64,000 nucleotides of DNA from assembly GCA_001779925.1 (NCBI GenBank), contig MFEK01000016.1, positions 142,504 to 206,503 on the forward strand, given 5' to 3'. Made by a program: the position numbers and the translations under genes. Each line of letters starts with the position of its first letter. Positions within the stretch are counted from its first letter, which is position 1. Below the pieces are notes generated by a model. It saw only the letters and a list, made by a program, of their open reading frames with translations. It did no database searches and was not told the DNA's origin. Positions 45,340-55,022 of this stretch are shown here, one piece after another. The DNA is from Candidatus Doudnabacteria bacterium RIFCSPHIGHO2_01_FULL_46_14. Lineage in GTDB: Bacteria; Patescibacteriota; Doudnabacteria; UBA920; 2-01-FULL-46-14.

Positions 45340-48015
45340 TTATTTTAATTGTTTGACTTTGGCTTTGAGGGTTTTGACTTTGGTTTCGGCGGCTGACAGG
45401 TCTGCCTGCATTTTTTCTACTATTTCTTTCGGGGCTTTTTTCAGAAAGCCTTTATTTTTTACCTGAGTAGAGATTTTTTTGACATAGCTTTCTGCCTCTT
45501 TGAGCTGTTTTTCTGTGAGGGCGGCTTCTTTTTTGGAATCAAAATTGGGGATGACAAGGTAAATGCGGACGCCTTCCCAAAGAAAATACGGCATTTTGTG
45601 GGCATGGTCCATCACGGCAAAATTGAGCTTGGTTCTGGTGAGCTTTTCGATAACTGGGGTGTGATCTTTTATCCATTCGAGATCTTTGGGAATTTCTAAA
45701 TAGCTTGAATAAATTGGGGTGGACCCCAGACGGTATTCTGCCCGCAGGTTGCGCAGGCCAGTCACGAGTTCGCGCATAGCTTCAAAGAGCGGGCGGGCCG
45801 CGAATTTTTCTATTTTCTCCGGAACATGGGGGTAATCATCCACCATTAGCAGGCTTTTGGCCATCTGCGACCAGATGTGCTCAGTGACGAAAGGAATGAA
45901 AGGATGCCACAGTTTTAGAATATTAACCAGGAGGACATCGAGAACTTCTTTTTTATTGCCTTCGATTTTGGCAATTTCCAAATACCAATCCGCCAGATCA
46001 TCCCAGGTAAACCGCTGGAGTTCTTCCGCGGCTTGGCCATATTGGGAGTTTTCAAAATGGCGGTTGACCGCGGCTACTGTTTCATCCAGGCGATCAAGAA
46101 TCCAATGATCGGCAAGCGTTGATAACCCTCCCCCACCTCCCCTTACCTTAAGGGGAGGAGTCGAGAGAATGAATCTCGAGATATTCCAGAGCTTATTGAC
46201 GAAATTGCGGCCAGCCTCCACTTTGATTTCCGAAAATTTCATGTCATTTCCCGGCGTGTTGCCGAGCACCAGTGACAACCGCAGCGCGTCAGTGCCGTAT
46301 TTGGCCTGGATATCCAGCGGATCAATGCGATTGCCGCTCGATTTACTCATTTTTTTGCCCTCAATGTCGCGCACCAGCCCGTGCAGGTAGACGGTTTTGA
46401 AAGGAATATCGTTTAATAGAAACCCGGTCATCAGAACCATGCGCGCTACCCAGAAAAACAAAATATCATAGGCGGTTTCCAATACCACGGTAGGGTGATA
46501 GGTTTTTAAATCCGAGGTTTCCTGAGGCCAACCCAGCGTGGAAAAGGTCCATAGCCCGGAAGAAAACCAGGTATCAAGCGTGTCCTCGTCCTGTTTGAGG
46601 TTTGCGCCCTGGCATTTTGTGCAGGAAGCTGGGGGCTCCACGGCCACGATGGTTTCGGTGCAGTCCGGGCAGTACCAGACCGGAATGCGGTGGCCGTACC
46701 AGATTTGCCGCGAGATGGTCCAATCCCGCAGATTTTTCATCCACTCAAAATAGATTTTCTCGAAATGCTTGGGCACGATTTTGATAGCGCCCGATTTCAC
46801 CGCCGCAGTCATCATTTCCTTGAGGGTCGTCTTTTCCGGCAGTCTCAGATTTTTACTAAATTCTTTATTCTCTATTTTAAATTCTGCATTCACATTCACA
46901 AACCACTGCTTTGAAACAACCGGTTCCACCACAGTGCCGCAGCGGTAGCAGGTGCCGACGCGATGCTCAATCTCTTCGGTTTTTTCGATGAACTCCTTTT
47001 CATGGAGTTCCTGCACGATGCGGTTAAGCGCATCCTCTTTCGTAAGTCCCGCATAGTCGTCAAACCCATGATCCGCGGCTTCCTGCGCATCGATTTTGCC
47101 GTCTGCCGTGTAGAGGTGAATCATTTCCAGGCCGTGGCGTTTGGCAATTTCAAAATCATTATGGTCATGGCCGGGTGTGACTTTCATAGCTCCAGTGCCG
47201 AACGCTTTATCAATATGATCATCCGCGATAACCGGCACCTCGCGGTTCAAAAGCGGGAGCATGATGATCTTGCCGACATATTTTTTGTAGCGCGAATCGC
47301 CTGGGTTAACGGCCACGCCAGTGTCGCCAAGCATAGTTTCCGGACGGTTTGTCGCTACAACCAGGTAGTCTTCACTGTCTTTTACGGGATAACGCAGATA
47401 AAACATGTGACCTTTGGCTTGTTTGAAGCTGACCTCATCATCGGCCAGAGTCGAGCCGCAACGCGGGCACCAATTAACCATGCGTTCGCCGCGGTAGATG
47501 AGTCCGGCGTCATGCATTTTTTTGAAAGCCGTACGCACTGCCAGTGACAGCTCCGGGGACAACGTAAATTTTTCGCGCGTCCAATCGCAGGACGAGCCCA
47601 TTTTGCGGATCTGGTTTTGGATGCGCCCTTGGGTATGACTGACAAATTCTTCGATGCGCCTCAGAAGCTGCTCTCGGCCCAGGTCAGTCCGGGTTTTTTT
47701 CTCTTCTTCGAGAATTTTGCGTTCCACAACATTTTGGGTGGCAATGGCTGCGTGGTCAGTACCCGGTAGCCACAGAGCCTTGCGGCCCCGCATGCGCGCA
47801 TGGCGGGTCATAATATCCTGCAGAGTGATGAACAGGGCGCTTCCCAGGTGCAGTTCGGCTGTAACATTGGGCGGCGGCATGGCAATGGAGAACGGTTCGG
47901 CATTCCAAAACCGGTCCCCGGCTTTTTCTAGATTATCAGGATTGAAAAAGCCCGATTTTTCCCATTTCTCGTAGATTTTATCCTCAAATTCTTGTGGATT
48001 ATAGGCTTTGCTCAT
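45340..48015 (-). CDS. valS: Valyl-tRNA synthetase, with one in-frame GC-rich repeat insertion
   Basis: HIGH-like PPNVTAELHLGSALF, KMSKS, editing domain, C-terminal coiled coil. Insert at 46124-46166. Confidence 0.9.
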   Translation of the reverse strand: MSKAYNPQEFEDKIYEKWEKSGFFNPDNLEKAGDRFWNAEPFSIAMPPPNVTAELHLGSALFITLQDIMTRHARMRGRKALWLPGTDHAAIATQNVVERKILEEEKKTRTDLGREQLLRRIEEFVSHTQGRIQNQIRKMGSSCDWTREKFTLSPELSLAVRTAFKKMHDAGLIYRGERMVNWCPRCGSTLADDEVSFKQAKGHMFYLRYPVKDSEDYLVVATNRPETMLGDTGVAVNPGDSRYKKYVGKIIMLPLLNREVPVIADDHIDKAFGTGAMKVTPGHDHNDFEIAKRHGLEMIHLYTADGKIDAQEAADHGFDDYAGLTKEDALNRIVQELHEKEFIEKTEEIEHRVGTCYRCGTVVEPVVSKQWFVNVNAEFKIENKEFSKNLRLPEKTTLKEMMTAAVKSGAIKIVPKHFEKIYFEWMKNLRDWTISRQIWYGHRIPVWYCPDCTETIVAVEPPASCTKCQGANLKQDEDTLDTWFSSGLWTFSTLGWPQETSDLKTYHPTVVLETAYDILFFWVARMVLMTGFLLNDIPFKTVYLHGLVRDIEGKKMSKSSGNRIDPLDIQAKYGTDALRLSLVLGNTPGNDMKFSEIKVEAGRNFVNKLWNISRFILSTPPLKVRGGGGGLSTLADHWILDRLDETVAAVNRHFENSQYGQAAEELQRFTWDDLADWYLEIAKIEGNKKEVLDVLLVNILKLWHPFIPFVTEHIWSQMAKSLLMVDDYPHVPEKIEKFAARPLFEAMRELVTGLRNLRAEYRLGSTPIYSSYLEIPKDLEWIKDHTPVIEKLTRTKLNFAVMDHAHKMPYFLWEGVRIYLVIPNFDSKKEAALTEKQLKEAESYVKKISTQVKNKGFLKKAPKEIVEKMQADLSAAETKVKTLKAKVKQLK
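46124..46166. repeat. GC-rich palindromic repeat in frame within valS (encodes PLKVRGGGGGLS on the minus strand)
   Basis: CCTCCCCTTACCTTAAGGGGAGG. Confidence 0.7.
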
Positions 48016-48986
48016 TTGGTTATTTTAACATAATTTCCATGCTTTCGCCTGGCAATGAATTGCTGTAAATTTTTCGCAAATTCTTCGTCAATTTCCGAGA
48101 GTTTGTTTAGTTGTCCGGCAATCAAAACAGGCGGATCCACGTAGCGGACCTTGGCATTGAGGTGCAGGTCGTGCGGACTGCCTGGTTCGACCTCTGTTAA
48201 ATGAAGTTTTGTTAAGTCCGCTACTTCCTGCCTCGTTTCCTTGCTCAATTTATCCATAAGCTCTTTATCAGTTGTAAAAAAATCATCAAACGTAATCTCG
48301 CCTCGGTCGTGAGCTTTTTTTAGGATCTGGGAAAAGAGATGATAAATTGTATTTCCAATATAACTGCCGCCCCATCGCTCTTTGTCCCCTCTGATAAACA
48401 GATCAGCGAACTGCCTCGCGAAAGTTTTAGTCTGAAAAACGATTTGCCCCTGGAACACGGTCAGGTCGGCAAGCATTTCCTTGAGCAGAGAGAGCGGCAC
48501 ATCAAAACTTGTCAGAAATGTCTTTAAAGCATAATCGACGCGATCCGCGCATAAAGCAGGGAGAGGCTGTTCCAGAATGGAAAAATTATGATGATCTAAA
48601 ACATGGTCAGTCTCAAAACCGTAGCGCCTCAGAATTTCCGGGATATTTGATTTGTTCACGATTCGCAAGAGATGCTTTTCGTGAAAATCCTGAGTCTCGG
48701 CCGCGCCAAAAGCAAAATCCATGGCGTGTGAGAATGCGGTATGAGAAATATCATGCACCAACCCGGCAATTTGTTCCTCGATTGAGCCGCCAAGCCTTTT
48801 GATAAGGCTCATCACTCCGACGCAGTGGTTAAACCTTGAAAATCTACCCCAGGAAATCTCCACTATCCCCGCTACCGCGTTTTGATCCACGCCTTTGAGC
48901 CTCTGCATGGCCGAGGTTTCAATAAGCTCCAGAATCACCGGCTCAGTAATTTCAATCCCGCCGTAAATTGTGTCATGTATTATCAT
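48012..48986 (-). CDS. HD-domain phosphohydrolase
   Basis: AGLVHDISHTAFSH HD motif. Confidence 0.7.
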   Translation of the reverse strand: MIIHDTIYGGIEITEPVILELIETSAMQRLKGVDQNAVAGIVEISWGRFSRFNHCVGVMSLIKRLGGSIEEQIAGLVHDISHTAFSHAMDFAFGAAETQDFHEKHLLRIVNKSNIPEILRRYGFETDHVLDHHNFSILEQPLPALCADRVDYALKTFLTSFDVPLSLLKEMLADLTVFQGQIVFQTKTFARQFADLFIRGDKERWGGSYIGNTIYHLFSQILKKAHDRGEITFDDFFTTDKELMDKLSKETRQEVADLTKLHLTEVEPGSPHDLHLNAKVRYVDPPVLIAGQLNKLSEIDEEFAKNLQQFIARRKHGNYVKITK

Positions 48987-49861
48987 GCTGTTTGCGATAA
49001 GGCAATGAACAGAACCCCTGCGAACATAATTATCGCTCCGGCGATCCGGGTCCTAAAGGATTGATCCTTGAAGATCGCGTAACCCATCAGTACTGCAAGT
49101 ACTATGCTAAATCTTTTTATGGAAATAACATAAATAACCAAAGTTAGGCTAATGGCTGTAGTTTGGCAGATAAACACGAGACTATTCACGAATCCGATTA
49201 GGGACATGAACTTTATATTCTGTAGGATTTGTGAACCAGCCTTTTTAACTGTAGCGAGGCAGATAATAAGCAAAGCTATCGCCATAAAACTCGATCCAGC
49301 AACCGACCAAAATAGAGGCGAGGACTGACTAATGCCGATTTTTTCTAGATTTGAAGTAATGCTCCAGATTGCAGCAGTTCCTAGAACAAACCGAGGCCCT
49401 TTTTCTCGCAATATTGTTTTAAATGGGCCCAATATTCCACCATGTTCGCCTCCGAGATTTAGGACATATGATCCAATAGTGATGAGGAGCACACCGGCAA
49501 GCCCCAATGCAGGCGGGAACTCACCAATAATAAGAGGCGAAGTGATGAGCAAAAACGCTGGAGTAAAAGCCAAGAAAGGTATGACCTTTGACAGCTCCCC
49601 TGCATTGATTCCTTTGACAAGCAAGACTGTCGCGATTAGGTTGAGAGACCAGGTGCCAAATAAATATTTCCAAAAATCTGGACCAAGCTCTGGAAGATGT
49701 CCGCTCAGGACGAGGTATAGGATGAGAAATGGCATAGCGAATAGGTAGAATGAAAGACTGACAACCAGCTCATCAATTCTGCGGTTTAGTCCATATTTGC
49801 TTAGGACGTTTTTTGTTCCTTCTGCGAGTGCGGCTCCAAAAGCTATAAGAATTCCGAGCAT
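48983..49861 (-). CDS. EamA/DMT-family transporter
   Basis: 10 TM helices with duplicated EamA-like halves. Confidence 0.7.
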   Translation of the reverse strand: MLGILIAFGAALAEGTKNVLSKYGLNRRIDELVVSLSFYLFAMPFLILYLVLSGHLPELGPDFWKYLFGTWSLNLIATVLLVKGINAGELSKVIPFLAFTPAFLLITSPLIIGEFPPALGLAGVLLITIGSYVLNLGGEHGGILGPFKTILREKGPRFVLGTAAIWSITSNLEKIGISQSSPLFWSVAGSSFMAIALLIICLATVKKAGSQILQNIKFMSLIGFVNSLVFICQTTAISLTLVIYVISIKRFSIVLAVLMGYAIFKDQSFRTRIAGAIIMFAGVLFIALSQTA

Positions 49862-50998
49862 TTATTTCCAACTCCTTAATTCCCAGTTGGGATTGACCTT
49901 GATTTTTTTTATTGGTGTGCCGCGGTTGCCAGCTGAGTATTGGTAAAATGCGGCCATGGTGATCATGCCAGCGTTGTCAGTAGTGAGATTGGAATGTGGA
50001 ATATGGAATGTTGAATGTGGAAGGGATTTTTTGATGGCCGAAGCTAGTTGTTTGCGTAGTTTTTCATTAGCGGAAACGCCGCCGCCGAGAAGAATGGTTT
50101 TTACTTTGTATTGTTTGGCAGATCTGATGGTTTTTGAAACAAGTACGTCAACGATGGCTTGTTCTACGCTGGCAGCCACGTTGGCGACTTGCGATTGGCG
50201 ATTGGCGACCAGCAAGGATTGCCAGTGGTAAAGCACTGCGGTCTTCAGGCCGGAAAAGGAAAAGTCATAATTTTTAGAATCCATCATCGGCCTTGGGAAA
50301 TCAAAAGCCTGGGGTTTGCCTTTCTTCGCGAGTTTTGAAATTTCCGGCCCGCCAGGGTAAGGCAGACCCATGATTTTCGCGACCTTATCAAAGCATTCGC
50401 CTGCCGCGTCATCAACTGTTTCGCCCAATATTTTGTATTTCCCAATTTTTTCGACAAGGACCAACATCGTGTGGCCCCCCGACACTACCAAGCCTAATGC
50501 TGGAAACTTCACCCTCCCCTTACCCCTCCCCTCAAGGGAGGGGAATTCCTCCCCCTTGAGGGGGGAGGATAAAGGTGGAGGTGACTCATTCGCCAAGGCG
50601 GAAAGCAAATGTCCTTCCATATGGTTAATCGGCAGGATGGGGATCTGCAACGCAAACGCCAAAGCTTTGGCAGTATCTACGCCAATCATCAAAGAGGTGA
50701 CAAGGCCCGGCCCAGCAGTAACTGCGATCGCGTTAATATCTTTGAGCTGGACCCCCGCTTTCGCGAGGGCTTGTGCGATTACGGGCAAGATTTTCAAGAT
50801 ATGATTGCGTGCGGCAACCTCCGGGACAATTCCTCCGGTTTTTTGGTGGATATTGATCTGTGAATAGATGATATTCGAAAGAAGCCGGAACTTCCGACTT
50901 TTTGTCTCACCTTCCAGAACAGCCGCGCTCGTCTCGTCAGCGGAGGATTCAATGGCGAGAATGTGTGTCACCCCTGCACCAGATTTAAACCAATTCAT
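49862..50998 (-). CDS. tsaD: tRNA t6A37 threonylcarbamoyltransferase TsaD (Kae1/YgjD) with a ~30-aa in-frame repeat insertion
   Basis: ILAIESSADETSAAV N-terminus and HMEGHL metal-binding motif. Insert at 50509-50583. Confidence 0.85.
   Translation of the reverse strand: MNWFKSGAGVTHILAIESSADETSAAVLEGETKSRKFRLLSNIIYSQINIHQKTGGIVPEVAARNHILKILPVIAQALAKAGVQLKDINAIAVTAGPGLVTSLMIGVDTAKALAFALQIPILPINHMEGHLLSALANESPPPLSSPLKGEEFPSLEGRGKGRVKFPALGLVVSGGHTMLVLVEKIGKYKILGETVDDAAGECFDKVAKIMGLPYPGGPEISKLAKKGKPQAFDFPRPMMDSKNYDFSFSGLKTAVLYHWQSLLVANRQSQVANVAASVEQAIVDVLVSKTIRSAKQYKVKTILLGGGVSANEKLRKQLASAIKKSLPHSTFHIPHSNLTTDNAGMITMAAFYQYSAGNRGTPIKKIKVNPNWELRSWK
50509..50583. repeat. Tandem GC-rich palindromic repeats in frame within tsaD (encode SPPPLSSPLKGEEFPSLEGRGKGRVK on the minus strand)
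   Basis: CCCTCCCCTCAAGGGAGGGG and CCTCCCCCTTGAGGGGGGAGG. Confidence 0.75.
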
Positions 50999-51038
50999 AG
51001 ATGCTTTCTTTTTCGCGTGTTAAATTGGTGCGGGGGTA

Positions 51039-51293
51039 TCACTGTCGCGCGGAATTTATAGATTTAGAAAGCCCGTCAAGGCTCTGTAGAGCACTATTGA
51101 AAGTTTTATCGAGGCCTGAAGCCTTGAGAAAATAAACTGAGATTCCGAGGATCAAAGCCAATCCCACAGTCGCCCCAAGCCCGCGGCCAAGTCCCCAGAG
51201 AAAGCCTCGCCAAAACATGCGGCCCGGGCGAGTATAGGCTCGGTTTATGGTTTCTACCAGACGATCAATGGTTTTTTGTTCTTCTGGGGTCAT
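51039..51293 (-). CDS. Small membrane protein (DUF5665-like)
   Basis: FWRGFLWGLGRGLGATVG plus one TM helix. Confidence 0.45.
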   Translation of the reverse strand: MTPEEQKTIDRLVETINRAYTRPGRMFWRGFLWGLGRGLGATVGLALILGISVYFLKASGLDKTFNSALQSLDGLSKSINSARQ

Positions 51294-51388
51294 GGCCTGA
51301 TTATATCATAGGGGTTGACATTCTTAGAAAAATCAGTATAATGACAAGTCACTAATTGATCCCAATTCCAACGATAAGGAGGACAGCA

Positions 51389-51841
51389 ATGTCCAAACAT
51401 CTGTTAGTTTCAGTGTTCATGGTTCTCGTATTCAGTGTAGTCAATGGGCAGTCAGTATCGGAATCACGAAAGATTGCGGATTTCATTCACGACTCTGCCA
51501 ACGCAAAGAAATTTCTGTCCCGAGAAGTCGATCGCAACGCCATCCAAGTTGTGTTTGTTTTCGAAGGCAAACGGTACACAGTGAATGCCGGAAATGGGCA
51601 CAGCGTCCTTTCTTACTGGGTTCGTCCTTCCGGCACAGTTTCGTCAGATCGTGTTTCTCTATCAATTTTTTATGACACGGATGTCGACGGTGTCGTTGAT
51701 TTCGGCACGAAAGGCGTCACTGAAGACCATCTTTTCAACCGGAATTCGAATAGAGGCATAGAACACATCCCATACTGGCAAGAGCAGTATCGATCCGCTG
51801 TCGTTCAGACTCTCCGGTTTATCGCCAGCAAGCAACCATAG
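51389..51841 (+). CDS. Secreted hypothetical protein (signal peptide)
   Basis: RBS AAGGAGG with ATG at 51389. N-terminal signal peptide. Terminator at 51851-51885. Confidence 0.45.
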   Translation: MSKHLLVSVFMVLVFSVVNGQSVSESRKIADFIHDSANAKKFLSREVDRNAIQVVFVFEGKRYTVNAGNGHSVLSYWVRPSGTVSSDRVSLSIFYDTDVDGVVDFGTKGVTEDHLFNRNSNRGIEHIPYWQEQYRSAVVQTLRFIASKQP

Positions 51842-51936
51842 ATGTATTCCTACAAGAGGCCGTACTCCCGCAGCCTCTTGTTTGTATTTTAGGATCGTTT
51901 AACCCGGCAGTAGAGGTTCAATTTATTGAACTTTCA

Positions 51937-53709
51937 CTACCCGGCAAAGCCGCCGGCCTGGATGTTCCAAAGGCGCTGGTAAGTGCCGTCTTTGGCTTTG
52001 ACCAGCTCCTTATGTTTACCTTCTTCCAAAATGTGCCCTCCTTCAATCACTACAATGCGATCCATTTGCATGATCGTGGACAAGCGGTGGGCGATAACGA
52101 TCGTGGTATGGCCGCGCATCAGATTTTTTAGGGCATCCTGGATGAGATATTCTGATTCGGAATCAAGGCTGGAGGTCGCTTCGTCCAAAACCAGAATCGG
52201 TGCGTTTTTGAGAATCGCCCGGGCAATCGCCACGCGCTGACGCTCGCCTCCCGAGAGCTTGATACCGCGCTCCCCAGTAAATGTGTTGTAGCCGTGGGTG
52301 AGTTTGCTGATAAATTCATCAGCATGCGCGAGCCTGGCTGCCTCGATGACTTCCTGGTCGCTGGCTTTGGGTTTGGCATAGCGAATGTTATCAAACAGAC
52401 TCCTATGGAAGAGAATCGGATCTTGAGGCACAAAAGCAATATTCTCTCGCAAAGAATCTTGTGTTACGCTCGTGATATCCTGGCTATCAATATTGATTTG
52501 TCCTCCCTGAATGTCATAAAAACGGAGAATCAGTTTTACGATCGTGGATTTGCCGCCGCCCGACGGACCCACCAGAGCCACGCGCTCTCCGGGTTTGATG
52601 CTGAGATTGAAATTACTCAGGATTTCCAAACCCTCATGGTAGCCGAAATTTACATTCTGAAACTCGATCGCGCCTTTTTTCACGCGCAAGACTTTGGCGT
52701 TTTTACTATCTTGAATCTCGTGCTCCGCGATCAGAATTTCCGTCATCTCGTTGGCATCAGCGATCGCCTCGTAGATGAGGCGAATATATTTTCCCGTATC
52801 CCACAGTTGGTCAAATACTCTGAACAGATACGCTTGGATCAGGGCAATATCCCCGACAGTGGCGAGCCCTTTCTGCCAAAGATTGATAACAAAATAAAGC
52901 ATTCCGAATTCCAAAGTGATCATGTATAAGCCCTGGAATAGTTCGGAAAACGTGCCGATATTATAGGACTTTTTTCGCGCGCGGAATTGGTTTTCTATGA
53001 CTTTTTTAAAACGTTTGAATTCAAAAATATAGCCAGAGAATATTTTGATGTTAAAATTATTAGTCATTGTATCCGCCAGCTGACCAGTAGTTTCCGAATC
53101 AGTAGCCGCGCGTCGGGTGTCGTAAGGAAATCTGTAGCGAGCGAATAAATAAACTATGCCCACATAGGTAATTACCCACCCTAGCATCAAAAATCCGAAC
53201 AGCAGTGAGCGCCAGAATAAAATCACCACAATCACAACTACATCGACAGCGCTGCGGCCCATTTGAGTAAAAGCTTGGTCGGAGAGCTGTTCAAAGGCCC
53301 TTTCAAAACGTTTGACCTTGGTTACCAGGCTGCCGATGAAATTTGAGTTAAAAAAACCAATAGAATGTTTTTGCAGATGTTCATAACAGGTTTGCATGAG
53401 GTCTGCCATGACTCGGGCCTGAAAAAAATTGTTTATGAAATTCAGGCCACGCCAGACGATGATGCGAATAATGTTGAGGGTGAACGCGAGGGTTATGAGA
53501 CCGATCGCAGTTTTCACTGCGTTTGGCACAGGCGCGCTCGCCAAAAGATCAATCACCCGGCGGTAAAGAAGCGGGGGAATGTTGCGCATCAGGGTCACCC
53601 CAGCCATGCCAAAGAAAATTACATACGGCATCCAGGTATAGCGCTTGGCGTGCTGCCAGAAGATTTTTATGGTTTGGCGAGTCAAGGACTGCATTTCTGA
53701 ATTATACAC
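51937..53709 (-). CDS. ABC transporter permease/ATP-binding protein (MsbA-like exporter)
   Basis: Six-TM domain plus GPSGGGKST, LSGGERQR, LVLDEATS. Confidence 0.85.
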   Translation of the reverse strand: MYNSEMQSLTRQTIKIFWQHAKRYTWMPYVIFFGMAGVTLMRNIPPLLYRRVIDLLASAPVPNAVKTAIGLITLAFTLNIIRIIVWRGLNFINNFFQARVMADLMQTCYEHLQKHSIGFFNSNFIGSLVTKVKRFERAFEQLSDQAFTQMGRSAVDVVVIVVILFWRSLLFGFLMLGWVITYVGIVYLFARYRFPYDTRRAATDSETTGQLADTMTNNFNIKIFSGYIFEFKRFKKVIENQFRARKKSYNIGTFSELFQGLYMITLEFGMLYFVINLWQKGLATVGDIALIQAYLFRVFDQLWDTGKYIRLIYEAIADANEMTEILIAEHEIQDSKNAKVLRVKKGAIEFQNVNFGYHEGLEILSNFNLSIKPGERVALVGPSGGGKSTIVKLILRFYDIQGGQINIDSQDITSVTQDSLRENIAFVPQDPILFHRSLFDNIRYAKPKASDQEVIEAARLAHADEFISKLTHGYNTFTGERGIKLSGGERQRVAIARAILKNAPILVLDEATSSLDSESEYLIQDALKNLMRGHTTIVIAHRLSTIMQMDRIVVIEGGHILEEGKHKELVKAKDGTYQRLWNIQAGGFAG

Positions 53710-53788
53710 TAAGGTTTAATAAAAAAAGAGAGACCTGACAGGCCTCATTGGTGAGATTTGTGAGGGTAACCTGTCAGGTTTGGCGGGA

Positions 53789-54130
53789 TCACTTTTTGTT
53801 GCCGAAAGAAAAGCGGGATGGCAGGGAAAACAATTTTTGAAGTTTCCCCTTCGAGTTCTGGATGAGGGGTATTTTTGGCTGAACTGTTGGTGTTTGCCGC
53901 GTCCTAGTTTCCTCTGTTTTTACCTGTGTCGGTTGCTTATTTATAGTGGCTATCAAACTGGCTATGCTGTTTTTTGCAGGGATCGTTTCCGCAATCGCGA
54001 AAGACGGCATTTCAGCCTGGGCCTGTGTAGGAACTGCGCGGAGAGCAGGCACGTCGGTTGAGAATGCGCTGGGCGCGAGCGCGAGCACCAGCATCAATAC
54101 GAGCAGTCCGACAGCAAACTTATTACTCAT
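53789..54130 (-). CDS. Small secreted protein (signal peptide)
   Basis: RBS GGAGG. MSNKFAVGLLVLMLVLALAPSAFS signal peptide. Confidence 0.4.
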   Translation of the reverse strand: MSNKFAVGLLVLMLVLALAPSAFSTDVPALRAVPTQAQAEMPSFAIAETIPAKNSIASLIATINKQPTQVKTEETRTRQTPTVQPKIPLIQNSKGKLQKLFSLPSRFSFGNKK

Positions 54131-54280
54131 CGAGGACCTCCTTGTGGCTCTGTTTCTGTGTTTTTTGATTCTCCCATTTAGAGTAGGGAGGTTATTCCAA
54201 GTATAAGATTGAATGCCTACAGCGTCAACAAAAAACGTCCCGATCAAATCGGGACGTTTTTTGTGGCTTGCTTTTGTAAA

Positions 54281-54529
54281 TTACATTCCAGACTGTTGCG
54301 GCATACTGCCATCAGGCTTGCACAGTTTGCAGGTCTTACCGTGGCAGGCGATCTCATAGACCGCTGACAAACCTACGAGTATATAAATAATCTTGGAAAT
54401 GGTTTCGTCCATTCCCCCGAAAATACTGCCGATCTCCCAGCCAGTGATCGCGAAAATACCCCAGTTCAAACCGCCGACAGCCAGCAGTATGAAAGTAATC
54501 ATGTGTATACCCTTATGTTTTCCCATCAT
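54281..54529 (-). CDS. DUF378-family small membrane protein
   Basis: LAVGGLNWG...YILVGLSAVYE is typical of DUF378. Confidence 0.55.
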   Translation of the reverse strand: MMGKHKGIHMITFILLAVGGLNWGIFAITGWEIGSIFGGMDETISKIIYILVGLSAVYEIACHGKTCKLCKPDGSMPQQSGM

Positions 54530-54560
54530 TTTATTTCACCGCCTCTCAAAAGATTAATTT

Positions 54561-54935
54561 TTACTGCGTCAGTTCCTGAAGCTGTTTGAGGTCAATATTT
54601 TGGATTTGCTGCAGTTCGGGTGAAGCAGAAAGAATCGCGCTGGTCAGCCACCAGACCGCAGCTATGGCGATTACTGTCAGCGCCAGAGCAGTCCAGGCAA
54701 GTTTTTTGGCCTGGGCATTGTCTTGGATAATAAATTTTACGAAATAGTAGAGGCCGAAAGGTGGGAACAAAAGGCTGACCAGATAGGCGCGTGTTTTTTG
54801 CCCGGCAGGAATATTTTCTTCGCGGTTTTGCGCCAGCACATTGGCGATCAGAGCGGTCGTATCAATATCTTTGTTTTCTTTATGGAGATCGGAAATCCGC
54901 TGGATCTCCGCGGCGAGTTTTTCCTCGTTGTTCAC
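54561..54935 (-). CDS. Hypothetical membrane protein (124 aa)
   Basis: Two TM helices. No known motif. Confidence 0.4.
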   Translation of the reverse strand: MNNEEKLAAEIQRISDLHKENKDIDTTALIANVLAQNREENIPAGQKTRAYLVSLLFPPFGLYYFVKFIIQDNAQAKKLAWTALALTVIAIAAVWWLTSAILSASPELQQIQNIDLKQLQELTQ

Positions 54936-55022
54936 CCTGTTAGAAATCCTTGAGGTTAATGGCTAATATTTGTGTCATTTTGATGCGTGTGCCTGTTAAG
55001 ATTTTTAATGAGGGGGTCATGA

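Noticed and set aside
49-50583. GC-rich repeats as a CRISPR array
   Set aside because: Copies are irregularly spaced over 50 kb, differ in sequence and length, and lie inside genes. There are no uniform spacers or cas genes.
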